Assembly: GCA_902569415.1 (NCBI GenBank)
Contig: CACFUH010000001.1
Location: 5,414-69,413 of the forward strand
Length of the DNA stretch: 64,000 nt
Direction of reading: 5' to 3'
Source of the DNA: an uncultured Pelagibacteraceae bacterium
Lineage (GTDB): Bacteria > Pseudomonadota > Alphaproteobacteria > Pelagibacterales > Pelagibacteraceae
The position numbers and the translations under genes were made by a program. Shown here in pieces: positions 27,117 through 37,172 of this stretch. Below the pieces are notes generated by a model that saw only the letters and a list, made by a program, of their open reading frames with translations, did not search any database and was not told the origin of the DNA. The stretch's first letter is position 1. Every line of letters begins with the position of its first letter.

Positions 27117-28114
27117 TAAAGAATATTAAAAAAGAAATAATTACTCCAAAAAAAATGGGTCTTTTGGTAGAGAACCCAGTGTACAAACCATTTAGATATC
27201 CATGGTGTTATGATGCTTGGTTAACGCAACAAAGAATTCATTGGCTACCTGAAGAGGTACCTTTAGGTGATGATGTTAGAGATTGGCAAAAAAACTTATC
27301 ACAATCAGAAAAAAATTTATTAACTCAAATTTTTAGATTTTTTACACAGGCTGATGTTGAAGTTAACAATTGTTATCTTAGACATTACACAACTGTTTTT
27401 AAACCGACTGAAGTTTTAATGATGATGACAGCGTTTGCGTCAATGGAGACAGTTCATATTGCCGCTTATTCTCATTTACTTGATACAATTGGAATGCCCG
27501 AATCTGAATATTCAGCATTTATGAAATATAAAGAAATGAAAGACAAATATGATTATATGCAAGGATTTAATGTAAATTCAAAAGAAGATATTGCAAAAAC
27601 AATGGCAGTCTTCAGTGCTTTCACTGAAGGACTACAATTGTTTGCAAGCTTTGCAATCTTGCTGAATTTTCCAAGATTTAACAAAATGAAAGGTATGGGG
27701 CAGATAGTTACTTGGTCAGTAAGAGATGAAACTTTACACTGCAATTCTATGATAAGATTATTCAAAGAATTTATAAAAGAAAATCCAGAAATTTGGACAC
27801 CTCAACTTAAAAAAGAACTTTATGAAGCTTGTAGAACTATAGTTCATCATGAAGATGCTTTTATAGATTTGGCTTTTGAAATGGGACCAATGGAAGGATT
27901 AACGGCTCAGGAAGTTAAAGACTATATAAGATTTATTGGAAATAGAAGACTTGCTCAATTAGGTTTAGAACCGATTTATAAAGTAGATAAAAATCCTTTA
28001 ACTTGGCTTGATACTATGTTGAATGCAGTCGAACATATGAATTTCTTTGAAGGAAGAGCAACAGAGTATTCAAAAGCATCTACACAAGGGAATTGGACAG
28101 AAGCTTTTAGTTAA
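27098..28114 (+). CDS. nrdB: Ribonucleoside-diphosphate reductase beta subunit
   Basis: HWLPEEV, FFTQAD, ETVHIAAY, EGLQLF, DETLH, NFFE. The true start may be 27107 or later. Confidence 0.95.
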   Translation: MFIMSVIKNIKKEIITPKKMGLLVENPVYKPFRYPWCYDAWLTQQRIHWLPEEVPLGDDVRDWQKNLSQSEKNLLTQIFRFFTQADVEVNNCYLRHYTTVFKPTEVLMMMTAFASMETVHIAAYSHLLDTIGMPESEYSAFMKYKEMKDKYDYMQGFNVNSKEDIAKTMAVFSAFTEGLQLFASFAILLNFPRFNKMKGMGQIVTWSVRDETLHCNSMIRLFKEFIKENPEIWTPQLKKELYEACRTIVHHEDAFIDLAFEMGPMEGLTAQEVKDYIRFIGNRRLAQLGLEPIYKVDKNPLTWLDTMLNAVEHMNFFEGRATEYSKASTQGNWTEAFS

Positions 28115-28123
28115 TATTAATCT

Positions 28124-29248
28124 TTATCTTTGATTTAAAAGCATAACTTTTCTATGCTTCGCTCCACTATATTTAGAAAGTGGTCTTATTAATTTGTTTG
28201 CCGCATGTTGTTCCATAATGTGTGCAGACCAACCAGTAATCCTAGATATTACAAAAATAGGTGTAAAGAAATCAGTGTCAAACCCCATTAGATGATAAGT
28301 TGGTCCAGTTGGATAATCAACATTAGGATGAATATTTTTTCTTTCAATCATAACATTTTTAATAATGTCATAAATTTTGATAAATTTTTTATCCTTTTTT
28401 ATTGATGCAACTTTTTTAAAGTATTTCTCCATAGTTGGAACTCTAGAATCTCCTCTTTTGTAAACTCTATGCCCAAAACCCATCACAACATCTTTATTTT
28501 TAAGTGCTTTATTGATCCATTTTAAAGCATTTTCAGGCTTTTTGATTTTATTCATCATATGCATCACTTCTTCATTAGCACCACCATGTAAAGGACCTTT
28601 TAAACTTGCAATAGCACCAGTTATTGCTCCATGAATATCAGATAAACTACTAGTTATAGTTCTTGCAGTAAATGTTGAAACATTAAAACTATGTTCAGCG
28701 TATAGTATTAATGAAACATCAAATGCCTTAACAATTTCTTTACTTGGTACTTTTCCGAAACACATATAAAAAAAATTTTCAGAGAAAGATAAATTCTTTT
28801 TTGGAGCTATCATTTTTTTACCCTTTCTAGCTCTAAAAAATGCAGCTAAAGCAATTGGAGTTTTTGAAAATATTCTTATAGCTTTTCTCATGTTAGCTTT
28901 TGGAGAATTATCTTTTGTCTCTTTATCTTCCAAAGCCATTAAGCTTACAGCTGTTCTTACCACGTCCATAGGATGAGCTTTTTTTGGCATTTTTCTAATA
29001 TCACTTAAAATTTCTTTAGAAAGCTTTCGATCAGATCTTTCTTCTTTAATAAAATTTTTTAATTGTTTTTTATTAGGAAGTTCTCCATTTAAAACAAGAT
29101 AAGCAACCTCTTCAAAATTACATTTTGAACAAAGATCCTGAACCGCATAACCTCTATATGTAAGAGAATTTATGTCAGGCATTACTTGAGAAACTGTAGT
29201 TTCATCAACAACAATACCTAATAAACCTTTTTTAATTTCATCACTCAT
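28124..29248 (-). CDS. prpC: 2-methylcitrate synthase
   Basis: LTYRGY, YAEHSFN, GPLHGGANE, GFGHRVY, PNVD; adjacent to prpB and prpD. Confidence 0.9.
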   Translation of the reverse strand: MSDEIKKGLLGIVVDETTVSQVMPDINSLTYRGYAVQDLCSKCNFEEVAYLVLNGELPNKKQLKNFIKEERSDRKLSKEILSDIRKMPKKAHPMDVVRTAVSLMALEDKETKDNSPKANMRKAIRIFSKTPIALAAFFRARKGKKMIAPKKNLSFSENFFYMCFGKVPSKEIVKAFDVSLILYAEHSFNVSTFTARTITSSLSDIHGAITGAIASLKGPLHGGANEEVMHMMNKIKKPENALKWINKALKNKDVVMGFGHRVYKRGDSRVPTMEKYFKKVASIKKDKKFIKIYDIIKNVMIERKNIHPNVDYPTGPTYHLMGFDTDFFTPIFVISRITGWSAHIMEQHAANKLIRPLSKYSGAKHRKVMLLNQR

Positions 29249-30144
29249 TATTCATGACCCTCTGTGCTAAAATTATAAATTTTTTCATCTAGTGAGTTGT
29301 ATTTTTCGTACTCAACTAAATCATATAATCTTTTCCTAGTTTGCATTTTATCAATAATATTATTTTGATGTCCATCGTCAAAAATAGCACGCAGACCATC
29401 TTCCACGTTTTTCATGGCTAATCGTTGTGTAGTTACAGGATAAATTACTATGTTATAGCCTATATTTTCTAACTCTTTATAATTTAATAATTTTGATTTA
29501 CCAAATTCAGTCATATTGGCTAACAGATAACAATTTAAAGATTTTCTGACTTTTTCAAATTCTTTTTCATCATGTAAAGCTTCAGGAAAAATAATTTCTG
29601 CTCCAGCATCAATATAACTCTTACACCTGTCGATCATCTTATCAATGCCCTCAACACTTTTTGCATCTGATCTTGCTATTACTTTAAAGTTTCTATCTTT
29701 TTTTGAATTTACACATTCCTTGATTTTTTTTATCATTTCTTCTTTAGTAACCAATTCTTTATTTTCTAGATGACCACATCTTTTTTGTGCTACTTGGTCT
29801 TCAATATGAACTCCAGTAACTCCAAATTTTTCAAAAGTTTCAATAGTTTCTTTGCAAGATTTAAATCCAGTATCAATATCAACAATTGTTGGTAGGTTTG
29901 TAACTCTAGCTATTTGATTAGCTCTATTACTTACATCTTGCAGAGTAGTTAAACCAATGTCAGGATATCCTAAATCATTGGACATAACTCCTCCAGAAAC
30001 ATAAACAGCATCATAACCAATTTCTTCAATTACTTTTGCTGTTAAAGGGTTATAAGCACCAGGAACTCTTAATATTTTTTTTGATTTTAATTTTTTATCA
30101 AACTCTTCTCTTTTTTCTTCTGGCTTTTTTTTTATAAAATGCAC
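29248..30144 (-). CDS. prpB: 2-methylisocitrate lyase
   Basis: YVSG, PDIG, DIDTGF, HIEDQ...KRCGH, LANMTEFGK. Confidence 0.93.
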   Translation of the reverse strand: MHFIKKKPEEKREEFDKKLKSKKILRVPGAYNPLTAKVIEEIGYDAVYVSGGVMSNDLGYPDIGLTTLQDVSNRANQIARVTNLPTIVDIDTGFKSCKETIETFEKFGVTGVHIEDQVAQKRCGHLENKELVTKEEMIKKIKECVNSKKDRNFKVIARSDAKSVEGIDKMIDRCKSYIDAGAEIIFPEALHDEKEFEKVRKSLNCYLLANMTEFGKSKLLNYKELENIGYNIVIYPVTTQRLAMKNVEDGLRAIFDDGHQNNIIDKMQTRKRLYDLVEYEKYNSLDEKIYNFSTEGHE

Positions 30145-31646
30145 TAAAAAATTCCTTTTTTATAATTTTTTTTCAAATTAGAGTTTTTTATTTCTATATT
30201 AAGTTTATTTAATTGTCCTGATTTTAATTTAGTTAAATTTTGTACAGTTTTTAAAAAACGATTACTTTCTTTTTTAGAAAGAATATCTTTTGTTAGTGTT
30301 AAAAATTTATTTATATAATTTTTTCTTACAAAAGGTCTTAATCCATAAGGGTGTGCATCAGCCTTATCTAATTGTTCAATAATTTTTTTATTATTATTTA
30401 GTGTAACAACTACTTTTGCTCCAAATGATTTATTTTTAGGATTGGGATCATGATATTTTCTAGTCCACTTTTTATCTTCATGTGTTTTAATTGATCTCCA
30501 AATCTTTATAGTGCTTTTTTTATTAGCTCTAGACTTTTTATATGAGTTAACGTGATGCCAGCTCGCATCTTCTAAGGCAACAGCAAATATGTACATTATT
30601 GAATGATCTAAGGTCTCTCTACTTGACTTTGGATCCATTTTTTGAGGATCGTTTGCGCCAGTTCCAATTACATAATGTGTGTGATGACTTGTATAAATAT
30701 CAATTTTTTTTATTTGACTAAGATTTTGAATTTTTTTGTTAAGTTTTTTAGCTATATCGATAAGAGCTTGAGCTTGATATTCGGCAGAATATTCTTTCGT
30801 ATACGTTTCTAATATAGCTTTTTTTTCCTCATTTTTTTTTGGTAAAGGAACTTTATATAATGCTTTTTTACCATCAAGTATTCGAGCAATTACACTATCT
30901 TCTCCTTCATAAATAGGACTTGGTGCTCCCTCACCACGCATTACTCTATCCACAGCTTCGATTGCAAGTTTGCCTGCATGAGCAGGTGCGTATGCCTTCC
31001 AACTTGAAATCTCACCTTTTCTAGACTGTCTCGTAGATATTGTTGTATGGAGTGCCTGTTGAATTGCTTGATAAACTGTATTTGTATTTAATCTAAGCAT
31101 TGCACCAATACCTGCGGCTACACTAGGTCCAAGATGTGCAATATGATCAACTTTATGTTTGTGTAAACAAATTCCTTTAACTAAGTTTACTTGAACTTCA
31201 TAAGCGGCAATTATTCCTCGTAGCAAATCCATTCCACTTTTTTTCTTTTGTTGAGCAACAGCTAAAAGAGGAGGGATATTGTCTCCTGGATGACTATAAT
31301 CTGCAGCTAAAAAAGTATCATGAAAATCTAACTCTCTTACTGCTGTTCCATTCGCCCATGCTGCCCATTCGCAATCAAATTTTTTTTTTGAATTAACACC
31401 AAACAATGTGGCTCCATATTTCTTGGGATGTTTTAAAGCCATTTCTCTCGAAGAAATTACTGACTTTCTATTTAAAGAAGCAATTGCAACTGAAGCATTA
31501 TCAATAATTCTATTTATTGCCATTTCAACAGACTTTTTATTTAGCTTTGCATTGTCACTAGATATTTCTGCTAATTTCCAAGCAAGTTGATTTTTCTTAT
31601 TTAATTTAATTTTTGATGGGTAAACTTTTACAGTATGAATTTTCAA
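30144..31646 (-). CDS. prpD: 2-methylcitrate dehydratase (MmgE/PrpD)
   Basis: RELDFHDTFLAADYSHPGDN, ISSWKA, ETLDHS. Confidence 0.92.
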   Translation of the reverse strand: MKIHTVKVYPSKIKLNKKNQLAWKLAEISSDNAKLNKKSVEMAINRIIDNASVAIASLNRKSVISSREMALKHPKKYGATLFGVNSKKKFDCEWAAWANGTAVRELDFHDTFLAADYSHPGDNIPPLLAVAQQKKKSGMDLLRGIIAAYEVQVNLVKGICLHKHKVDHIAHLGPSVAAGIGAMLRLNTNTVYQAIQQALHTTISTRQSRKGEISSWKAYAPAHAGKLAIEAVDRVMRGEGAPSPIYEGEDSVIARILDGKKALYKVPLPKKNEEKKAILETYTKEYSAEYQAQALIDIAKKLNKKIQNLSQIKKIDIYTSHHTHYVIGTGANDPQKMDPKSSRETLDHSIMYIFAVALEDASWHHVNSYKKSRANKKSTIKIWRSIKTHEDKKWTRKYHDPNPKNKSFGAKVVVTLNNNKKIIEQLDKADAHPYGLRPFVRKNYINKFLTLTKDILSKKESNRFLKTVQNLTKLKSGQLNKLNIEIKNSNLKKNYKKGIF

Positions 31647-31701
31647 TTTCTCTCCAATTTTTATTGTTTTTTAATACAACTAGGAATGAGAATAATCAAT
31701 A

Positions 31702-32391
31702 TTAATGATGCAAGTATTTTTGAACTATTTTTTCAATTCCAAGAAAATCTCTTATTAAATGATTATGCGAAATTTCATTTACATTTTTTTCAGTATATCC
31801 ATCTTCTAATAGTATAAATGGAATACCAGCAGCTTTTGCTGCATTCCCATCTGTTTCACTATCACCAATCATTATACTTTTTTTTATATCACCTTGCATA
31901 ATTTCAATTACATTAGTTAAGTGCCTAGGATCAGGCTTACAAAAATCAAAAGTATTGCTTCCTGCAACATATTCAAAAAAATCATACACTTTAATTTGTT
32001 TTAATAAATCAATTGCAAGATGCTCTTGTTTATTTGTACACACTCCCATTGATATTTCATTTTCTTTGCACCATTTTAAAAAATCATAAGCTCCATTGAT
32101 TAACTTACTTTCATTTGCAATATTTTTTCCATAAAAATCTATAAATTCTGTTACCATTTCCTTTTTAATTTTATCGTCATTTATCTTTTTTAATTCTTTT
32201 CTTGCCTGACCCCATACCGATCTACCAATCAATGATCCTGCTCCTTGACCTACTAATTTTCTTATGTCATCAGTTGATTTAGTTTCATATCCAAATTTTC
32301 TCATAACATGATTGTGAGCATTCATAAGATCCGGAGCTGTATCAACCAAAGTCCCATCTAAATCAAACAATATGGTAAATTTTTGAGTCAT
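31702..32391 (-). CDS. gph: HAD phosphoglycolate phosphatase-like protein
   Basis: FDLDGTLVDT, CTNK, KPDP, IGDSETD. Confidence 0.85.
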   Translation of the reverse strand: MTQKFTILFDLDGTLVDTAPDLMNAHNHVMRKFGYETKSTDDIRKLVGQGAGSLIGRSVWGQARKELKKINDDKIKKEMVTEFIDFYGKNIANESKLINGAYDFLKWCKENEISMGVCTNKQEHLAIDLLKQIKVYDFFEYVAGSNTFDFCKPDPRHLTNVIEIMQGDIKKSIMIGDSETDGNAAKAAGIPFILLEDGYTEKNVNEISHNHLIRDFLGIEKIVQKYLHH

Positions 32392-32462
32392 TTAAAAAGT
32401 ATTAATAAGAAATAATTTGTGAATTAAAGATCATGTTTACTTAACTATAAATAAAATTGCAA

Positions 32463-33083
32463 ATGAAACAAACAAATTTACAAAAAGCCCAATCAAGATT
32501 GAGGGAAAAATTTATAAAAAATGGTGTTAAGATGCTTGCACCAGAAACAGTTTATTTTTCAAAAGATACAAAAATCGGAAAAAATGTAACGATAGAGCCT
32601 TATGTAGTTCTAGGAGAAAAAGTTAAAATACAAAATAACTCTAAAATAAAATCATTTTCTCATTTAGAAAATGTTAAAATAGAAAACAATGTAACAGTTG
32701 GACCTTTTGCAAGATTAAGACCTGGAACAGTTTTAAAATCAGGATCAAGAGTTGGAAATTTTGTTGAGATAAAAAAAAGCAATTTAGGAAAAAATTCAAA
32801 AGTAAATCATTTATCTTACATTGGTGATGCGAATATTGGAGATTCCGTTAATATTGGAGCTGGCACTATCACTTGTAATTATGATGGAAAAAATAAAAAT
32901 AAAACTATAATAAAAAATAAAGTTTTTGTTGGCTCAAACTCATCTCTAGTTGCACCAATTACATTGAATGAGAAAAGCACAATAGGAGCGGGTTCTGTAA
33001 TAACAAAAAATGTTAAAAAAAATTCTTTGGCACTTACGAGATCAAATCAAAGTGAAGTAAAAAATTATAAGAGAAAGAAATAA
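32463..33083 (+). CDS. glmU: GlmU C-terminal (glucosamine-1-phosphate acetyltransferase) domain only
   Basis: [40 protein letters not shown]; upstream of glmS; no N-terminal uridyltransferase domain. Confidence 0.85.
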   Translation: MKQTNLQKAQSRLREKFIKNGVKMLAPETVYFSKDTKIGKNVTIEPYVVLGEKVKIQNNSKIKSFSHLENVKIENNVTVGPFARLRPGTVLKSGSRVGNFVEIKKSNLGKNSKVNHLSYIGDANIGDSVNIGAGTITCNYDGKNKNKTIIKNKVFVGSNSSLVAPITLNEKSTIGAGSVITKNVKKNSLALTRSNQSEVKNYKRKK

Positions 33084-33086
33084 ATA

Positions 33087-34904
33087 ATGTGTGGAATAGT
33101 TGGAATAGTAAGTAATAAATCAGTATCAGCAAGTATAATTGGTGCACTTAAAAAACTAGAATATCGTGGCTATGACTCTGCTGGAATTTCAACAATAAGC
33201 AATAATCGAATTAATGAACAAAAATGTTCTGGAAGAGTAGATAATTTAGAAAAAATACTTTTTCAAAACCCTTCAGATGGAGATCTTGGTATTGGCCATG
33301 TAAGATGGGCAACACATGGAATTCCAAACCAAATAAATGCTCACCCACATTCATCAGAAGTAGTTTCAGTTGTTCATAATGGTATAATTGAAAATTCTGA
33401 TAAATTAAGAGATGAATATATTAAAAAAGGTTATTCTTTTAAATCTCAAACAGATACAGAAGTTATAACAGTAATATTAACTGATTTTTTAAAATCAGAA
33501 GATTTAATAAACTGTATTCATAAAACTTTAGAAAAATTAGAAGGAAGTTTTGCTCTTGGAGTAATTTTCAAAGATTATAAAAATTTAGTTGTTGGAGCAA
33601 GAAGAGGAAGTCCACTAGCAGTTGGATATGGTCATAATGAAAATTTTATAGGTTCAGATTCTTATGCTCTTAAATCAATGACAAATAAGATTTCTTATCT
33701 AGATGATGGAGATTTTTGTTTGCTTTACAGAGAAAAAGTTGAATTTTATAATTCAGAAAAAAAAAAAATTAATAAAGAAATTTTAGAATTATCTAATGAG
33801 GACAATATTGCTGAAAAAGGAGATTATAAAGACTTTATGTCTAAGGAAATTGATGAGCAGTCGTTTACTACAAAAAAATGTATCAATGAATATTTAGATA
33901 AATCTCGTAATGAAATTAATATTTATAATCTTCCAATTGATCCCAAAAAGATTAATAAAATAAGGTTAATAGCCTGTGGAACAGCATATCATTCATGTTT
34001 AATGGCAAAATATTGGATTGAAGAAAATACTTCTATTGATGTTGAAGCAGACATAGCGTCAGAATTTAGATATAGAAATGTAAAACTAAATAAAGATGAC
34101 CTTTATATCTTTGTTTCACAGTCAGGAGAAACAGCTGATACATATGCTGCACTTGAAAAATGTAAAAAAAACAATGTCAAGACTTGTGGAATAGTTAATG
34201 TTGTAGAAAGCTCAATAGCAAGACTTGCGGATTTTGTTTTACCAATTCATGCTGGACCTGAAATTGGAGTTGCATCTACTAAAGCTTTTTTAGGTCAAAT
34301 GCTAGTTCTTTATTTACTAATATTAAAAATATCAAAAGAAAGAAGTGAAATAGATCAAGAAAATTATAAAAAACTAATTTTAGATTTAATAAAGTTACCA
34401 GATTTTATTAAACAAACTTTATCAAAACAAAAAGATATACAGGTTGTAGCTAGAGATTTTGTTAACGCGAAAGGAACTATGTATTTGGGTAGAGGATATT
34501 CATATCCAATTGCAATGGAAGGTGCTCTTAAACTAAAAGAACTTTCTTATATTCATGCTGAAGGTTATGCTGCTGGTGAAATGAAACATGGACCGCTCGC
34601 ATTAATTGAAGATGGTATGCCGGTAATTGTATTAGCACCTAAAGATAGATATTTTGAAAAAACCATTTCGAATATGCAAGAGGTAATAGCCAGAGGTGGT
34701 AAAGTTATAATGATAACTGATGACACATCTACAACAATGAGTGAAAATATAAGATTTAAATTTCAAATTCCAAAAACGAACTCAACTCTTAACCCTTTTT
34801 TATTATGTATCCCACTTCAATTCTTAGCTTACCATGTAGCATTATTAAAAAATTGTGATATAGATAAACCTAGAAACTTAGCAAAATCAGTTACTGTAGA
34901 GTAA
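33087..34904 (+). CDS. glmS: Glutamine-fructose-6-phosphate aminotransferase
   Basis: MCGIVG, LEYRGYDSAG, HVRWATHG, SQSGETAD, PRNLAKSVTVE. Confidence 0.98.
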   Translation: MCGIVGIVSNKSVSASIIGALKKLEYRGYDSAGISTISNNRINEQKCSGRVDNLEKILFQNPSDGDLGIGHVRWATHGIPNQINAHPHSSEVVSVVHNGIIENSDKLRDEYIKKGYSFKSQTDTEVITVILTDFLKSEDLINCIHKTLEKLEGSFALGVIFKDYKNLVVGARRGSPLAVGYGHNENFIGSDSYALKSMTNKISYLDDGDFCLLYREKVEFYNSEKKKINKEILELSNEDNIAEKGDYKDFMSKEIDEQSFTTKKCINEYLDKSRNEINIYNLPIDPKKINKIRLIACGTAYHSCLMAKYWIEENTSIDVEADIASEFRYRNVKLNKDDLYIFVSQSGETADTYAALEKCKKNNVKTCGIVNVVESSIARLADFVLPIHAGPEIGVASTKAFLGQMLVLYLLILKISKERSEIDQENYKKLILDLIKLPDFIKQTLSKQKDIQVVARDFVNAKGTMYLGRGYSYPIAMEGALKLKELSYIHAEGYAAGEMKHGPLALIEDGMPVIVLAPKDRYFEKTISNMQEVIARGGKVIMITDDTSTTMSENIRFKFQIPKTNSTLNPFLLCIPLQFLAYHVALLKNCDIDKPRNLAKSVTVE

Positions 34905-34970
34905 TAAATACTTAATAAAAAATAAATTTACATTTATAATATCTGATCTATATATACTCTGAGTTGTATT

Positions 34971-36350
34971 ATGAAAAAATGGAAAACAAATAGTTGGAGA
35001 AATTATCCAGTTAAGCACATTCCTACTTATGAGGATGAAAAAGAACTTAATATGGTTCTTGGAAAATTAAAAGACTTTCCACCATTAGTATTTGCTGGAG
35101 AAACAAGACATTTAAAACAGCAACTTGCTGAAGTTGTTGATGGAAAAGCTTTCTTATTGCAAGGAGGCGATTGCGCTGAAAGTTTTGCAGAATTTAATCC
35201 TGATAATATTAGAGATTATTTTAAAGTTATGTTGCAAATGTCTTTAGTTTTAACTTATTCAGCATCCTTACCAGTTGTTAAGCTTGGTAGAGTAGCTGGA
35301 CAATTTTCAAAACCAAGAAGTGCACCAACTGAAATACAAGGCGATATAGAATTACCAAGTTACCTTGGAGACAATATTAACGGAATAGAGTTCAATGAAA
35401 AAGCTAGAAAACCTGATCCGAAAAGATTATTTAAAGCATATTCACAAGCAGCATCAACATTGAACTTAATTAGAGCTTTTTGCCATGGTGGGTTTGCTGA
35501 TTTAAAAAAAGTTCATCTTTGGAATTTAGGTTATATTAAAAAAAGCCCACAAGCTAAAAAATTTAGAGAATTAGAAGATAAAATTGCAGACGCATTAGCA
35601 TTTATGGATGCGTGTGGAATAAATTCAGATTTTAATAGAAGACTAAAAACAGTTAACTTTTGGACATCACATGAAGCTTTATTGCTTCCATTTGAAGAAA
35701 GTATGACAAGAATTGATTCAACAACAGGAGAGTATCATGATACATCGGCTCACTTTGTGTGGATAGGAGATAGAACAAGACAGTTGGATGGAGGACATGT
35801 TGAGTTTTGTAGAGGAATTGAAAATCCAATTGGAATTAAATGTGGTCCAACATCAAAGCCAGAAGAGATAGTTAAAATTTGTAATGCAATAAATCCAAAA
35901 AATGAAAAAGGAAAAATAACTTTAATTTCAAGATTTGGTTGTGAAAATGTAGGAAAATTTTTACCTAAATTAATTAGAAACATTAAAAAAGAAGGTTTGA
36001 ATGTTATTTGGTCTTGTGATCCAATGCATGGAAACACCGTTAAATCCTCTACAGGTTTTAAAACTAGACCATTTAATAATGTTTTAAAAGAAGTGAAAAA
36101 CGTTTTTACAGTGCATCAAAGTGAAGGATCATATGCTGGAGGGCTGCATATAGAAATGACTGGACAAAACGTCACTGAATGCACCGGGGGTACACAAAAA
36201 ATCTCAGATAAAGATTTATCTAGCAGATATCGTACACATTGTGACCCAAGATTAAATGCTAACCAAGCATTAGAACTGTCATTTTTAATTTCTGATGAAA
36301 TTAAAAAAAATTCTATTTACGCAAGAAGTGGAATTAGAGCGGTTTCTTAA
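34971..36350 (+). CDS. Class II DAHP synthase
   Basis: LLQGGDCAESF, GQFSKPRS, WIGDRTR, CDPMHGN, CDPRLN. Confidence 0.95.
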   Translation: MKKWKTNSWRNYPVKHIPTYEDEKELNMVLGKLKDFPPLVFAGETRHLKQQLAEVVDGKAFLLQGGDCAESFAEFNPDNIRDYFKVMLQMSLVLTYSASLPVVKLGRVAGQFSKPRSAPTEIQGDIELPSYLGDNINGIEFNEKARKPDPKRLFKAYSQAASTLNLIRAFCHGGFADLKKVHLWNLGYIKKSPQAKKFRELEDKIADALAFMDACGINSDFNRRLKTVNFWTSHEALLLPFEESMTRIDSTTGEYHDTSAHFVWIGDRTRQLDGGHVEFCRGIENPIGIKCGPTSKPEEIVKICNAINPKNEKGKITLISRFGCENVGKFLPKLIRNIKKEGLNVIWSCDPMHGNTVKSSTGFKTRPFNNVLKEVKNVFTVHQSEGSYAGGLHIEMTGQNVTECTGGTQKISDKDLSSRYRTHCDPRLNANQALELSFLISDEIKKNSIYARSGIRAVS

Positions 36351-36389
36351 CGCATTTATAAAACAAATCTTTTAACGTATATTTAAATA

Positions 36390-37127
36390 ATGGAAGTAAA
36401 TAAAAAAGTCGTATTTATAAAAGATTGGATATTGAATTATGTAAATTCAATGCCTTCTAAAGCACAATCTTTAGTTATTGGTATTTCAGGAGGCATAGAT
36501 TCTTCGGTTACAAGCACTTTGTGTGCTATGACAGGTTTGAAAACTATTGTATTAACAATGCCAATCAAACAAAACAAAGAACAGAACGACCTAAGTCTTT
36601 TGCACAAGAAGTGGTTAAGTGAAAAATTTAATAATGTAGAGTCACATTCTTTAGAACTTGATAACGTATTCAAAAATTTTGAAAGTACGTTGTCTGATTT
36701 TAAAAGCGAACATGGTATGGCTAACTCAAGAGCTAGATTAAGAATGACAACTCTATATCAAGTAGCTGCAGCAAATAAAGGTATTGTAGTTGGCACAGGA
36801 AACAAGGTAGAGGACTTTGGTGTTGGCTTTTACACAAAATATGGAGATGGAGGTGTTGATATTTCTCCAATCGCAGATTGTACAAAAACAGATGTTTGGG
36901 AACTTGGAAAAGAATTAAAAATATCTGAAGAAATTATCAAAGCAAAACCAACAGATGGTTTATGGGATGATGGAAGAACTGATGAAAGCCAATTAGGCTT
37001 AAAGTACGACGAAGTAGAAGACGCTATGAAGAACCCAAATTCCCCTAATTACGAAAAATACATTAAAATTAGAAAATTAAATCTTCACAAAATGGAGCCA
37101 ATTCCAGTTTGTAAGATTCCTAAGTAA
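36390..37127 (+). CDS. nadE: NH3-dependent NAD+ synthetase
   Basis: GISGGIDS, ARLRM, GTGN, YTKYGDG, PTDGL, TDE; no glutaminase domain. Confidence 0.95.
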   Translation: MEVNKKVVFIKDWILNYVNSMPSKAQSLVIGISGGIDSSVTSTLCAMTGLKTIVLTMPIKQNKEQNDLSLLHKKWLSEKFNNVESHSLELDNVFKNFESTLSDFKSEHGMANSRARLRMTTLYQVAAANKGIVVGTGNKVEDFGVGFYTKYGDGGVDISPIADCTKTDVWELGKELKISEEIIKAKPTDGLWDDGRTDESQLGLKYDEVEDAMKNPNSPNYEKYIKIRKLNLHKMEPIPVCKIPK

Positions 37128-37172
37128 TCTAAAAGATTCACAAACATCAAATTAAAGTATATTTCTAGAATA

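Noticed and set aside
32463-33083. glmU pseudogene
   Set aside because: The ORF is intact, keeps its catalytic motifs, ends 3 nt before glmS, and has no decayed upstream remnant.
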